DNA of 64,000 nt from Christensenellales bacterium (GCA_040766645.1 JAXGQA010000002.1:37424-101423), one strand, 5' to 3'; positions 11,191 through 18,680 are shown, counted from the first letter of the stretch. Translations and numbers: made by a program. Notes: generated by a model not told the origin, from the letters alone.

Positions 11191-12768
11191 TCATGCCCGA
11201 AGGCCGCCGAAGTTCATTCCGGCCGATTCGGACGATTCGGATTCCGAAGAGGCCACGGTCACGATGACCACTTTATCGTCGGCGGTCAGGCCGCTCTTGA
11301 CCTCGGCATAGGCGTCGTTGCTCAGGCCGGTGGTCACCGTGGTTTTGGTGCCGGGGTCCTGCGAAGCGTCGCCGGGCAGCGAGCCGGTGTACACATAGAC
11401 ATATTGTTCGCCGCCCTGGCTCTGAAGCGCGGCCAGGGGCACCATCAGCACGTCGGTTGCCTCCTCTATGACGATGGTTGCGGTGGCGTTCATGCCGATG
11501 CGCAGCGTGTCGTCCGCGTCGGTCAGCGTGAGGGACACGTCGTAGGTGGTCACGCCGTTGGAGGATGTGCCCACCTGCGAGATGGATTTTACGGTGGCGT
11601 TATAGGTCTTGCCGGTAACCGCGTCCACCGACACGGTCGCCTTCTGTCCCACGGCCACGCTGTTGATGTCCAGTTCGTCCACGGCCACCGTCATGGCCAG
11701 CGTGCCCGACGACGAAAGCGTGAACATGGAGGAGCCGGACTTTGCGGTCGTGTTGGCCTGCAGTGCCATCTCGGTGATGATGCCGTCCCTGGGCGCGACG
11801 ATGGCGCCGGCTTCCTGTATCTGTTGGGCGTAGACCAGCAGTTCGGCCTTGGCCGCGCGCTGGGACACCGTGCTCTGGTATTCCTCGGAATCGGGCAGGC
11901 CGGTGACCTTGACCAGCGAGGTCCCGCTGTACACCTTGTCGTTCTCCTCGACGTAGACCTTGCTTACCGTCCCGCCGGGAGTGGTGACGGCGGCCGGGCT
12001 GCTTATGGAAAGCTGTCCGGTGCCCAGCGTCTTGCCGTCCAGTTTGGCCGTTGCCTTGGCCCCGACCTTCGGACCGTTGTCGGTAACGGTAACGGTGACC
12101 GTCTTTTTATCGTCGGATACCTTTCGGACCGTACCCGTGTATGTGCCGTCCTCCACGACCGAGACGCTGACCGTGTCGCCGACCGAAAGGGAGGTTTCCT
12201 TTTCGGTGGTGAAGCTGAACTTGAGCCTGCCGTCGGTGGAGATTACCAGCAGGCCGCCCTTTTCGGCCTGGACCGCGCCCACGCTGTCCCCCGCCTGGGC
12301 GTAAACGGCCTTGACGCGCCCGGCCAGCGTGGATGTGATGACGTCGTACGAATCCGAGTCCGAACTCAGGCTGTTGATGGTCCTGTCCAGCGATTTGATT
12401 TCGGACCGCAGCGCCGAAATGGAGGACGCCAGCGTGGAGGCGTCGATATTCGCTATAACGTCGCCGGTCTTAACGCTGTCCCCGGCGGCGGCGGTCACAG
12501 AGGTGACGCCGAGATCCACCGGCGCCAGCACGGCGGTGTCCGACCCCGACCGCAGCGTGCCCGACCCGGAAACGGTCTTTTGCAGCGTTCCGGTGGTCAG
12601 CGAGACCACCTCGTATGTAACGCCGGCGCCCGCCGCCCGGCTGCCGGTGAGCTCGATCACGCCCACCACGGCAACGGCGACGGCCACGACGCCGATGACA
12701 ATAAACTTGACGGACTTCCTGCCCCGGATGCGGCCCCATAAAACGCCGGCCTTTTCCCTGATTTTCAT
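11191..12768 (-). CDS. Efflux transporter periplasmic-adaptor (HlyD/MacA/YknX-like membrane fusion protein)
   Basis: MKIREKAGVLWGRIRGRKSVKFIVIGVVAVAV (N-terminal TM anchor), then barrel-sandwich/lipoyl-like segments (GDSVKTGDVIANID ... GAIVAPRDGIITEM ... ATVSVDAV ... YNATVKSISQ). A Gly/Met/Asn-rich tail continues in another frame to a stop at 11088, so a further indel near 11195 is possible. Confidence 0.8.
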   Translation of the reverse strand: MKIREKAGVLWGRIRGRKSVKFIVIGVVAVAVAVVGVIELTGSRAAGAGVTYEVVSLTTGTLQKTVSGSGTLRSGSDTAVLAPVDLGVTSVTAAAGDSVKTGDVIANIDASTLASSISALRSEIKSLDRTINSLSSDSDSYDVITSTLAGRVKAVYAQAGDSVGAVQAEKGGLLVISTDGRLKFSFTTEKETSLSVGDTVSVSVVEDGTYTGTVRKVSDDKKTVTVTVTDNGPKVGAKATAKLDGKTLGTGQLSISSPAAVTTPGGTVSKVYVEENDKVYSGTSLVKVTGLPDSEEYQSTVSQRAAKAELLVYAQQIQEAGAIVAPRDGIITEMALQANTTAKSGSSMFTLSSSGTLAMTVAVDELDINSVAVGQKATVSVDAVTGKTYNATVKSISQVGTSSNGVTTYDVSLTLTDADDTLRIGMNATATIVIEEATDVLMVPLAALQSQGGEQYVYVYTGSLPGDASQDPGTKTTVTTGLSNDAYAEVKSGLTADDKVVIVTVASSESESSESAGMNFGGLRA

Positions 12769-12840
12769 ATTGTTCCTCCGATCCCTGTTTGAGTTTATGC
12801 AAAATCCCGCACCCACGCCTTGCGGGGCGGGTCTGCGCCC

Positions 12841-12854
12841 GGTATCATGATACC
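12841..12854. promoter_or_regulatory. Perfect 14-bp palindrome upstream of the efflux operon (candidate operator)
   Basis: GGTATCATGATACC lies ~75 nt upstream of the adaptor start codon (minus strand), in the divergent region shared with amt. Confidence 0.3.
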
Positions 12855-12973
12855 CCTGCAATGTGATGAACAGGTGAAGGGCAGCCGAGCGTTTGATGAA
12901 AAGGGGCGCCGCTCGGGAAAAGTCCGGGGCAGGCCCTGGAATGAAAGCGGCTTAATCTTTTCCTGCAAAATAG

Positions 12974-13002
12974 TTGACTTTTTCTTAAACGCTACATATA
13001 AT
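12974..13002 (+). promoter_or_regulatory. Sigma-A type promoter of amt
   Basis: TTGACT (12974-12979), 17-nt spacer, TATAAT (12997-13002). Confidence 0.7.
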
Positions 13003-13026
13003 TTTAACCAACCAATGAGCGAAGGT

Positions 13027-13058
13027 GCTGTGGGGGTCCCCCCATCAGCGCTTTTTTT
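13027..13058 (+). terminator. Intrinsic-terminator-like hairpin inside the amt 5' leader (possible attenuator)
   Basis: GCTGTGGGGG-t-CCCCCCATCAGC stem with one bulge, followed by gc + TTTTTTT. It lies ~25 nt downstream of the -10 and ~100 nt upstream of the amt ATG. Confidence 0.5.
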
Positions 13059-13158
13059 ATTTGGTAAAAACATGGCGATGTGGCCAATGGCGTGTCCTCA
13101 GCCCTGTTTTTTTTGTTTTTATTTATTAATTGTTCGGGAAGGGAAGAGGGTTTGTTTT

Positions 13159-14424
13159 ATGGGAATCAATTCGGGTGATACTGCGTGGATCATCGTAGCG
13201 ACAGCACTGGTGCTTATCATGACGCCCGGACTCGCGTTTTTCTATGGCGGTATGGTTCGGCAGAAGAACGTGCTCAACACGATGATGATGTCGTACGGGA
13301 CCATCGGACTCGCTATTGTAATGTGGGTGCTTATCGGGTACTCTATCTCGTTCGGGCCGGATATCGCCGGACTGTTCGGCAGCCTTGACTGGTTGGGCCT
13401 GAACGGCGTGGGGCAGGAAGCAAGCGCGACCTATGCGACGACCATACCGCACATGCTGTTCGCGGCGTTCCAGATGATGTTCGCGGTGATAACGCCGGCG
13501 CTTATCACCGGCGCCTTGGCCGAAAGGATAAAGTTCGGCCCGCTGCTCCTGTTCGTCGGCCTGTGGTCCATCATCGTTTATTACCCTCTGGCCCACATGC
13601 AGTGGTCGGCGACGGTCGGCGCTGACGGCAATCTGATTTTCGGCTTGCTGGGCAACCTGGGGGCTATCGACTTTGCGGGCGGGAACGTGGTCCACATCAG
13701 CTCGGGCGTGTCCGGCCTCGTTGCCTGCATACTGCTTGGGAAGCGCAAAAACCACCAGAGCATCGTGCCGCACAACATTCCTTACGTGCTCATCGGGGCG
13801 GCGCTCCTGCTCTTTGGATGGATCGGCTTCAACGCCGGAAGCGCGGTGGCCGCCAACGGCCTTGCCGCCCACGCGCTGGTTACCACGGTGACGTCCGCCG
13901 CCATGGCCATGCTGTCCTGGATGCTGGTCGAAACGTTTGTCAGCAAGAAGCCTACCGCGCTGGGCGCCGCTACCGGCATCGTGGTCGGCCTGGTCGCGAT
14001 AACGCCGGCCGCGGGGTTCGTGCCCGTTTGGGCGTCCATTGTTATCGGTCTTATGGTCAGCCCGCTGTGCTGGATGGGCGTCAGCCTGCTCAAGAGAAAG
14101 CTTGGATACGACGACGCGCTGGATGCGTTCGGCTGCCATGGCATCGGCGGCATCTGGGGAGGCATCGCTACCGGCCTGTTCGCAACGACGGCCGTCAACT
14201 CCGCGGTGCCGTCTGAGGGCCTGTTTTTCGGCGGCGGCCTGCTGGGGCCCCAGTGCCTTGCGATTCTCATAACCATGGCACTGGCGGCGGTGGGCACGTT
14301 CATTATCTTCAAGGTCATTTCGATGTTCATGAAGGTGCGGGTGGACGACGCCAGTGAGACCATCGGTCTGGATCAGACGGAGCATGGAGAGGCGGCCTAT
14401 CCTTCCTCCACCGAGGTCGCGTAA
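13159..14424 (+). CDS. amt: Ammonium transporter (Amt family)
   Basis: MGINSGDTAWIIVATALVLIMTPGLAFFYGGMVRQKNVLNT ... AIDFAGGNVVHISSG ... DDALDAFGCHGIGGIWG. The upstream 113 codons of ORF 12820..14424 cover the promoter and leader and are rejected. Confidence 0.9.
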   Translation: MGINSGDTAWIIVATALVLIMTPGLAFFYGGMVRQKNVLNTMMMSYGTIGLAIVMWVLIGYSISFGPDIAGLFGSLDWLGLNGVGQEASATYATTIPHMLFAAFQMMFAVITPALITGALAERIKFGPLLLFVGLWSIIVYYPLAHMQWSATVGADGNLIFGLLGNLGAIDFAGGNVVHISSGVSGLVACILLGKRKNHQSIVPHNIPYVLIGAALLLFGWIGFNAGSAVAANGLAAHALVTTVTSAAMAMLSWMLVETFVSKKPTALGAATGIVVGLVAITPAAGFVPVWASIVIGLMVSPLCWMGVSLLKRKLGYDDALDAFGCHGIGGIWGGIATGLFATTAVNSAVPSEGLFFGGGLLGPQCLAILITMALAAVGTFIIFKVISMFMKVRVDDASETIGLDQTEHGEAAYPSSTEVA

Positions 14425-14444
14425 GCATACGGATAAGAAAACAA

Positions 14445-14476
14445 GGAGCACGGCCTTGCCGTGCCCCTCTGTTTTT
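14445..14476 (+). terminator. Rho-independent terminator of amt
   Basis: ggagcacggc-ctt-gccgtgcccc stem, then tctgttttt. Confidence 0.65.
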
Positions 14477-14488
14477 GGCTGTTTATGC

Positions 14489-14517
14489 TTGACAAAGCAG
14501 GCGGCATACCGTACAAT
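14489..14517 (+). promoter_or_regulatory. Near-consensus sigma-A promoter driving the tRNA-Glu gene
   Basis: TTGACA (14489-14494), 17-nt spacer, TACAAT (14512-14517), ~18 nt before the tRNA 5' end. Confidence 0.7.
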
Positions 14518-14535
14518 GTTAAACGTTCACGACAT

Positions 14536-14607
14536 GCCTCCTTAGTCTAGCGGTTAGGACGCCGCCCTCTCACGGCGGTATCAGGGGTTCGAGTCCCCTA
14601 GAGCCAC
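14536..14607 (+). tRNA. tRNA-Glu (anticodon CUC), no encoded CCA, acceptor stem imperfect as assembled
   Basis: D arm GTC-TAGCGGTTA-GGAC. Anticodon arm CCGCC-CTCTCAC-GGCGG (loop C-U-CUC-A-C). T arm AGGGG-TTCGAGT-CCCCT. Body is closely similar to the canonical bacterial tRNA-Glu that I recall. 5' GCCTCCT versus 3' AGAGCCA do not pair fully. Confidence 0.75.
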
Positions 14608-14630
14608 GTCGCGGCGGACTCCGCGACTTC

Positions 14631-14660
14631 AATCCCGCAAGCACAGCTTGCGGGATTTTT
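14631..14660 (+). terminator. Rho-independent terminator after the tRNA
   Basis: aatcccgcaagc-aca-gcttgcgggatt followed by ttt. Confidence 0.75.
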
Positions 14661-14861
14661 CGTGCTCCGTCACCGCTCCTCTTCCGAAAAAGTCACGGGC
14701 TTGTCAGCTAAGCGCTGTCAAACGCGCGCTTTATCGTTGATATGTTATTGACGATGCTGTCGTCATACGGCTCTCCGTCAAACGTCGCACGCACCTTGAC
14801 GCACCCTTTGGGGTGTGCCGTAAAGCAGGCAGCATCTTCGCCCTTCGTCAAGCCGTTTCAA

Positions 14862-14898
14862 CCACACAAAAAACCCGGTATCCGGGCTTTTTGTGTGG
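14862..14898. terminator. Long palindromic hairpin, terminator of the minus-strand Cys-rich protein gene (potentially bidirectional)
   Basis: ccacacaaaaaacccgg-ta-tccgggctttttgtgtgg: 16 of 18 positions pair, with A/T runs on both arms. Confidence 0.65.
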
Positions 14899-14915
14899 CG
14901 GCCTGCTTTCCGGAT

Positions 14916-15362
14916 TCATTTCGCGGGCGTTGTTATCAGGACCTCGCAGCGGTCGCCCTCCATCAGCGTGCATTGGACCGAAACGACGGCTTGGCCCCCG
15001 GCGACGGCCTGTATCATGGCGGTCATGGGGTCGAGGCACCAGCCGCGGCAGGGGGCGGCCCCGCCCAGCTTTTTGCAGAGCGCGCAGAGCTTGCAGGCGG
15101 TTGCGGTGGCGGCATAGCCGTCTGCCATTTTTTCGACCGTCCAGTTCGCGCAGCCGAAAGTATCGGCCAGCTTCACAAAGACTTCCTCCGGCGACCGCAC
15201 GCCCAGCTGCGCGTTCATGTACGGGGCTGTCCGGGCCTGCCCTTCTTTCTTCTTTTCCACGACATGGTCCAGTACCTTCAGGCGCGCGTAGGTGTTGACC
15301 GTTTCCGCGACGGCGGCGGCATAGGTGTTCTGCATAAGCGTTAGCTTTTCCGCGAGTTCCAT
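14916..15362 (-). CDS. Small Cys-rich protein, ATC-hydrolase (PF14196)-like or V4R-like
   Basis: 148 aa. Contains ACKLCALCKKLGGAAPCRGWCLDPMTAMI ... VQCTLMEGDRCEVLI. The C..C/C..D pattern and terminal G-D-x-C motif resemble ATC_hydrolase and V4R small ligand-binding proteins from memory. The family assignment is not secure. Confidence 0.45.
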   Translation of the reverse strand: MELAEKLTLMQNTYAAAVAETVNTYARLKVLDHVVEKKKEGQARTAPYMNAQLGVRSPEEVFVKLADTFGCANWTVEKMADGYAATATACKLCALCKKLGGAAPCRGWCLDPMTAMIQAVAGGQAVVSVQCTLMEGDRCEVLITTPAK

Positions 15363-15390
15363 AAAAATCTTCCTTTCCTAAGGCATTATA

Positions 15391-15406
15391 TCTAACGTAC
15401 GTTAGA
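15391..15406. promoter_or_regulatory. Perfect 16-bp palindrome (candidate TetR operator) between tetR and the Cys-rich protein gene
   Basis: TCTAACGTACGTTAGA lies 29 nt upstream of the start of the 14916..15362 gene. A second copy is at 16005. Confidence 0.6.
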
Positions 15407-15423
15407 ATTTGGGGGCAAAAAAA

Positions 15424-15984
15424 TTACTGTATGTTGGCCAGAACGATGGACAGTTCCTCCCGTATCTCCTCCTCGGGCAGGAACCGGCCCTTGACCACGA
15501 TGCTCTCCACCAGATTCTCCAGCAGATGCACCAGCGCCCGGACGATGACGGCGCCGTCTTTCGCGTCCTTGACATGAGGCAGCACCAGTTTGCAGTGGCG
15601 GGGGAGTATGGACTTTTCCCATTGGTCCAGCAATTCCATCAGCGCGCTGTCCCCGTCGAATCCGAGATATACCTTGATGCCCAGCCGGTAGACCTTTTTT
15701 TCGTGCGCGGACAAATGGTTGAGCCCGAACACGAATTGGGTGTAAGATTCCAGCAGGTCCCCGGCCCTGAAGCCGGCGGCCTGCCTCTCCACAAGCTCGA
15801 AATAGTCCCGCTTGATGATCTCGTGAAAAAGCTCCTGCTTGCTTTTGAAATAGTAATTGACCATGGGCAGCGAGCACCCCGCGTCCCGCGCGATGTTGCG
15901 GACGGTGGCGCCGTGGTAGCCGTCGCGGTTGAAATGATCCACGGCCACGCTTTTGATTTTGGCTTTCATATCCGAATCGGCCAT
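15424..15984 (-). CDS. TetR/AcrR family transcriptional regulator
   Basis: N-terminal HTH AVDHFNRDGYHGATVRNIARDAGCSLPMVNYYFKSKQELF, with a helical C-terminal ligand domain. Confidence 0.9.
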   Translation of the reverse strand: MADSDMKAKIKSVAVDHFNRDGYHGATVRNIARDAGCSLPMVNYYFKSKQELFHEIIKRDYFELVERQAAGFRAGDLLESYTQFVFGLNHLSAHEKKVYRLGIKVYLGFDGDSALMELLDQWEKSILPRHCKLVLPHVKDAKDGAVIVRALVHLLENLVESIVVKGRFLPEEEIREELSIVLANIQ

Positions 15985-16004
15985 CGCTGCAGTCCCGCCT
16001 TTTA

Positions 16005-16020
16005 TCTAACGTACGTTAAA
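16005..16020. promoter_or_regulatory. Second copy of the palindromic operator, upstream of tetR
   Basis: TCTAACGTACGTTAAA (15 of 16 identical to the 15391 copy) lies 21 nt upstream of the tetR start codon. Confidence 0.55.
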
Positions 16021-16196
16021 TTATATGCTGTTCTTTGGGAATATGCAATACCCGTTCCAAATTTTTTCGCACGGAGATTCCCTAATGCCGCCGGGACGGA
16101 TATAATTTAGGTGCGGGCAGGAAAATAAAGGAATACGCGCCCGGCCGGAAAACTCTATGAAAAAGCCTGCGGGCACGGCGGGCGGGAAAGCAGGCG

Positions 16197-16922
16197 GTGC
16201 AGGGCATGGGAACGGAATTCCTGAGGGATGTCGGGACCCCGGAAGAACTGCGCGCGTATCTGACGGCGCGGGGCAGAAGCCATACGAAGTATATGCATTA
16301 CACCAACTTCGACGGGCTGATCGGCATGGTGCGGGACGGCTTTTTCCGCCTTTCCAAGGGCGACCGGATGAACGACAGGCAGGAGCCCAAGATGGGGGAC
16401 CGGGCCGCGTGGGCGCACACGTTCATCGGGAGCTTCGCCTTCGGGCAGAGCGAGAACATGGCGCTGTGGGGCCTGTACGGCCTGCCCTGGGAGGACGCGG
16501 TCTGCATCAGCATCCCGAAAAAATACATGAACCGATGGCTGGATGGCATCATAGAGGTTTATAATATGGGCATCGACGGGACATATTCCCTGTTGGACGC
16601 CCAGGCGGAGGTCCTGTTGAACGACGTGGCCTACCTCAGCGAGGAGCCGGGAAAGCCGCCGGAGCTGCGCAACAGCCACCAGCACGGCTTCAAAAAGCTG
16701 GATGAGGCAGGCGGCCTGGGGGATGTGAAACGGGACCCGCGGCTGACCGGGTTCGTCAAGCACGACGCCTGGCGCTATGAAAAGGAGGTTCGGCTACACG
16801 TCCGGTGCCCCGCCGCCAGCCATTTAGACCGGCTGGCGGTGAAACTCCCTGACGATGTGATAGACGGCATGACCGTGGTGTTCGGGCCGTGGGCCAAAGC
16901 GGACGTGCCATGGAAAGGCTGA
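16197..16922 (+). CDS. DUF2971-like protein of unknown function
   Basis: YMHYTNFDGLIGMVRDGFFRLSKGDRMNDRQE ... FIGSFAFGQSENMALWGLYG ... AVCISI ... KHDAWRYEKEVRL matches the DUF2971 pattern I recall (HYT...L.S...lND..E / FS.s......mW..Y / W..E.E.R). GTG start at 16197; ATG at 16206 is an alternative. Confidence 0.55.
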   Translation: MQGMGTEFLRDVGTPEELRAYLTARGRSHTKYMHYTNFDGLIGMVRDGFFRLSKGDRMNDRQEPKMGDRAAWAHTFIGSFAFGQSENMALWGLYGLPWEDAVCISIPKKYMNRWLDGIIEVYNMGIDGTYSLLDAQAEVLLNDVAYLSEEPGKPPELRNSHQHGFKKLDEAGGLGDVKRDPRLTGFVKHDAWRYEKEVRLHVRCPAASHLDRLAVKLPDDVIDGMTVVFGPWAKADVPWKG

Positions 16923-17056
16923 AGGCCCGGATAAAAGAGTTGCGGGGGAAACCACCCGAAAGCGCGCAAAGCGGGTACGCCGGGCTGGTGGACTATAAAA
17001 CGGCCTGCGGATACTGCGTACAGGGCCAATACAAACGCAGGGAAGAAGCGATATGA
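16910..17056 (+). CDS. Unannotated 48-codon small ORF bridging the DUF2971 and HD genes
   Basis: ATG at 16910 overlaps the end of the DUF2971 gene by 13 nt. Its TGA (17054-17056) overlaps the ATG (17053) of the HD gene as ATGA. Product: MERLKARIKELRGKPPESAQSGYAGLVDYKTACGYCVQGQYKRREEAI. Not in the supplied track (under 60 aa). Confidence 0.35.
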   Translation: MERLKARIKELRGKPPESAQSGYAGLVDYKTACGYCVQGQYKRREEAI

Positions 17057-17625
17057 AGTACGATACCCCGGACCAAAACACCATACTGACCTATACGGGC
17101 GTCCGGTTCAATCCGCTGGAGGCGGAAACGCGGGACATCCGCGTCGAGGACATCGCGCACGCGCTGTCCCTGATGACGCGGGCCAACGGGCATCTCCCGC
17201 ATTTTTACTCGGTGGCGCAGCACTCGCTGAACTGCGCTGCCGAGGCGCTGGCGCGCGGGTACCCGGCGCGCGTACAGCTGGGATTGTTGCTGCACGACGC
17301 CAGCGAAAGCTATATCTCCGATATTACCCGCCCGGTCAAGCGCAACCTGCCCGAATACGTGCTGATAGAGGCGCGCCTGCAGGAGACCATCTACGCACGG
17401 TTCGGCCTTGGCGATCTGGCCGGCGAGGAGCTTATGCGCATAGAGGAAGTGGACGACGCGCTTTTGTACCACGAGTTCCTGACGCTGATGGGCTGCGTGC
17501 TGTGGCCCGACCCGCCCAAACTTCGGGCCGAACACGATCTGGGGTTCAGGCTGCCCAGGGACGTGGAGCGGGCGTACATCGAGCGCTTTGACGCGCTCTA
17601 CCGGGAGGCTTGTGAGAAAGCATGA
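17053..17625 (+). CDS. HD-domain phosphohydrolase (YfbR/YfdR-like nucleotidase family)
   Basis: IRVEDIAHALSLMTRANGHLPHFYSVAQHSL ... LGLLLHDASESYISDITRPVK: H...HD...D metal-binding pattern of HD hydrolases. Confidence 0.7.
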   Translation: MKYDTPDQNTILTYTGVRFNPLEAETRDIRVEDIAHALSLMTRANGHLPHFYSVAQHSLNCAAEALARGYPARVQLGLLLHDASESYISDITRPVKRNLPEYVLIEARLQETIYARFGLGDLAGEELMRIEEVDDALLYHEFLTLMGCVLWPDPPKLRAEHDLGFRLPRDVERAYIERFDALYREACEKA

Positions 17626-18155
17626 TGCGCCTTTTCATCGCCCTGTGCTTCGACGAGGCCGTGAAGGCCGCGCTGGAAGAGGGCATCGCGCGGCTGCAGG
17701 CGACGGCGCTCAAGGGAAATTTCACGCGCGTGGGGAACCTCCACCTGACGCTGGTGTTCATCGGGGAGACCGACAGGCGGGCCGACATCGAGCGGGCGAT
17801 GGACAGCGTGGACGCGCCGGCGTTTGAGGTCGCCGTACAGGGGTTCGGGCGGTTCAGGCGGGGCGGCCGGGACATCTGCTGGGCCGGCGTGCGCGGCGGG
17901 CCGGCGCTCAGCAGCCTGCACGACGCGCTGTGCGCCGCGCTCACAGCCGAAAGGTTCGCCATTGAGAAGCGCCCGTTCAAACCCCATATAACGCTGGGCC
18001 GGGACGTTGAGCTTCCGCGAAGCTTTGACGAGCGCGCGTTCGCGGAGGGGATGCCCGCGGCAAGCATGCGCGCCGGGCATATCAGCCTGATGTGGTCCCA
18101 CCGCGTGGACGGGGTCCTGACCTACACCGAGATACACAAAAGAGCGCTGCGCTGA
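17622..18155 (+). CDS. thpR: RNA 2',3'-cyclic phosphodiesterase (2H phosphoesterase, LigT/ThpR)
   Basis: MRLFIAL ... two HxT/Sx motifs (NLHLTLVFIGE and KPHITLGR). ATG overlaps the stop of the HD gene (ATGA). Confidence 0.85.
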   Translation: MMRLFIALCFDEAVKAALEEGIARLQATALKGNFTRVGNLHLTLVFIGETDRRADIERAMDSVDAPAFEVAVQGFGRFRRGGRDICWAGVRGGPALSSLHDALCAALTAERFAIEKRPFKPHITLGRDVELPRSFDERAFAEGMPAASMRAGHISLMWSHRVDGVLTYTEIHKRALR

Positions 18156-18170
18156 AAAAAGGAGGGCACT

Positions 18171-18650
18171 ATGCTTAAAGAAGGGGACAGGGCGCCGGAC
18201 TTCGCGCTTATGGATCAATATGGGCGGGAGGTACGCCTCAGTGATTTCGCCGGAAAGCCGGTGGTCGTCTATTTTTATTCGCGGGACAATACGTCGGGGT
18301 GCACGCGGCAGGCGCTTGCGTTCCGGGACGCGCATGAAAGGCTGAAGGAGTTGGGCGCCGTCCTCCTTGGCATCAGCAGGGACAGCGTACTTTCGCATAA
18401 GAGGTTCGCTGACAAAAACACGCTGCCCTTCCCGCTGCTTTCGGATCCGGAGATTACTTCCATACAGGCGTTCGGGGTGTGGCAGGAGAAAAAGCTCTAC
18501 GGGAAGACGTCCATGGGCGTGGCCCGCTCGGTTTTCGTCATCGGAGGGGATGGGCGCGTCCTTAAGGTCTTCAAACGGGTGAAGCCGGACACCGGCGCGG
18601 CGGAGGTCCTTGCGTATCTGGAAGGCATAAACGGCCAGAAACCGGAATAA
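18171..18650 (+). CDS. bcp: Thioredoxin-dependent thiol peroxidase (Bcp-type peroxiredoxin)
   Basis: LKEGDRAPDFALMDQYGREVRLSDFAGKPVVVYFYSRDNTSGCTRQA (peroxidatic Cys in the T-x-x-C context). Confidence 0.9.
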   Translation: MLKEGDRAPDFALMDQYGREVRLSDFAGKPVVVYFYSRDNTSGCTRQALAFRDAHERLKELGAVLLGISRDSVLSHKRFADKNTLPFPLLSDPEITSIQAFGVWQEKKLYGKTSMGVARSVFVIGGDGRVLKVFKRVKPDTGAAEVLAYLEGINGQKPE

Positions 18651-18680
18651 ATAAATCGTGTATAATTGCAGGAGGAAATC

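Noticed and set aside
12820-13158. N-terminal 113-codon extension of the amt ORF (track ORF 12820..14424).
   Set aside because: The extension spans a consensus promoter and a terminator-like hairpin and has no Amt similarity. The conserved Amt N-terminus begins at the ATG at 13159.
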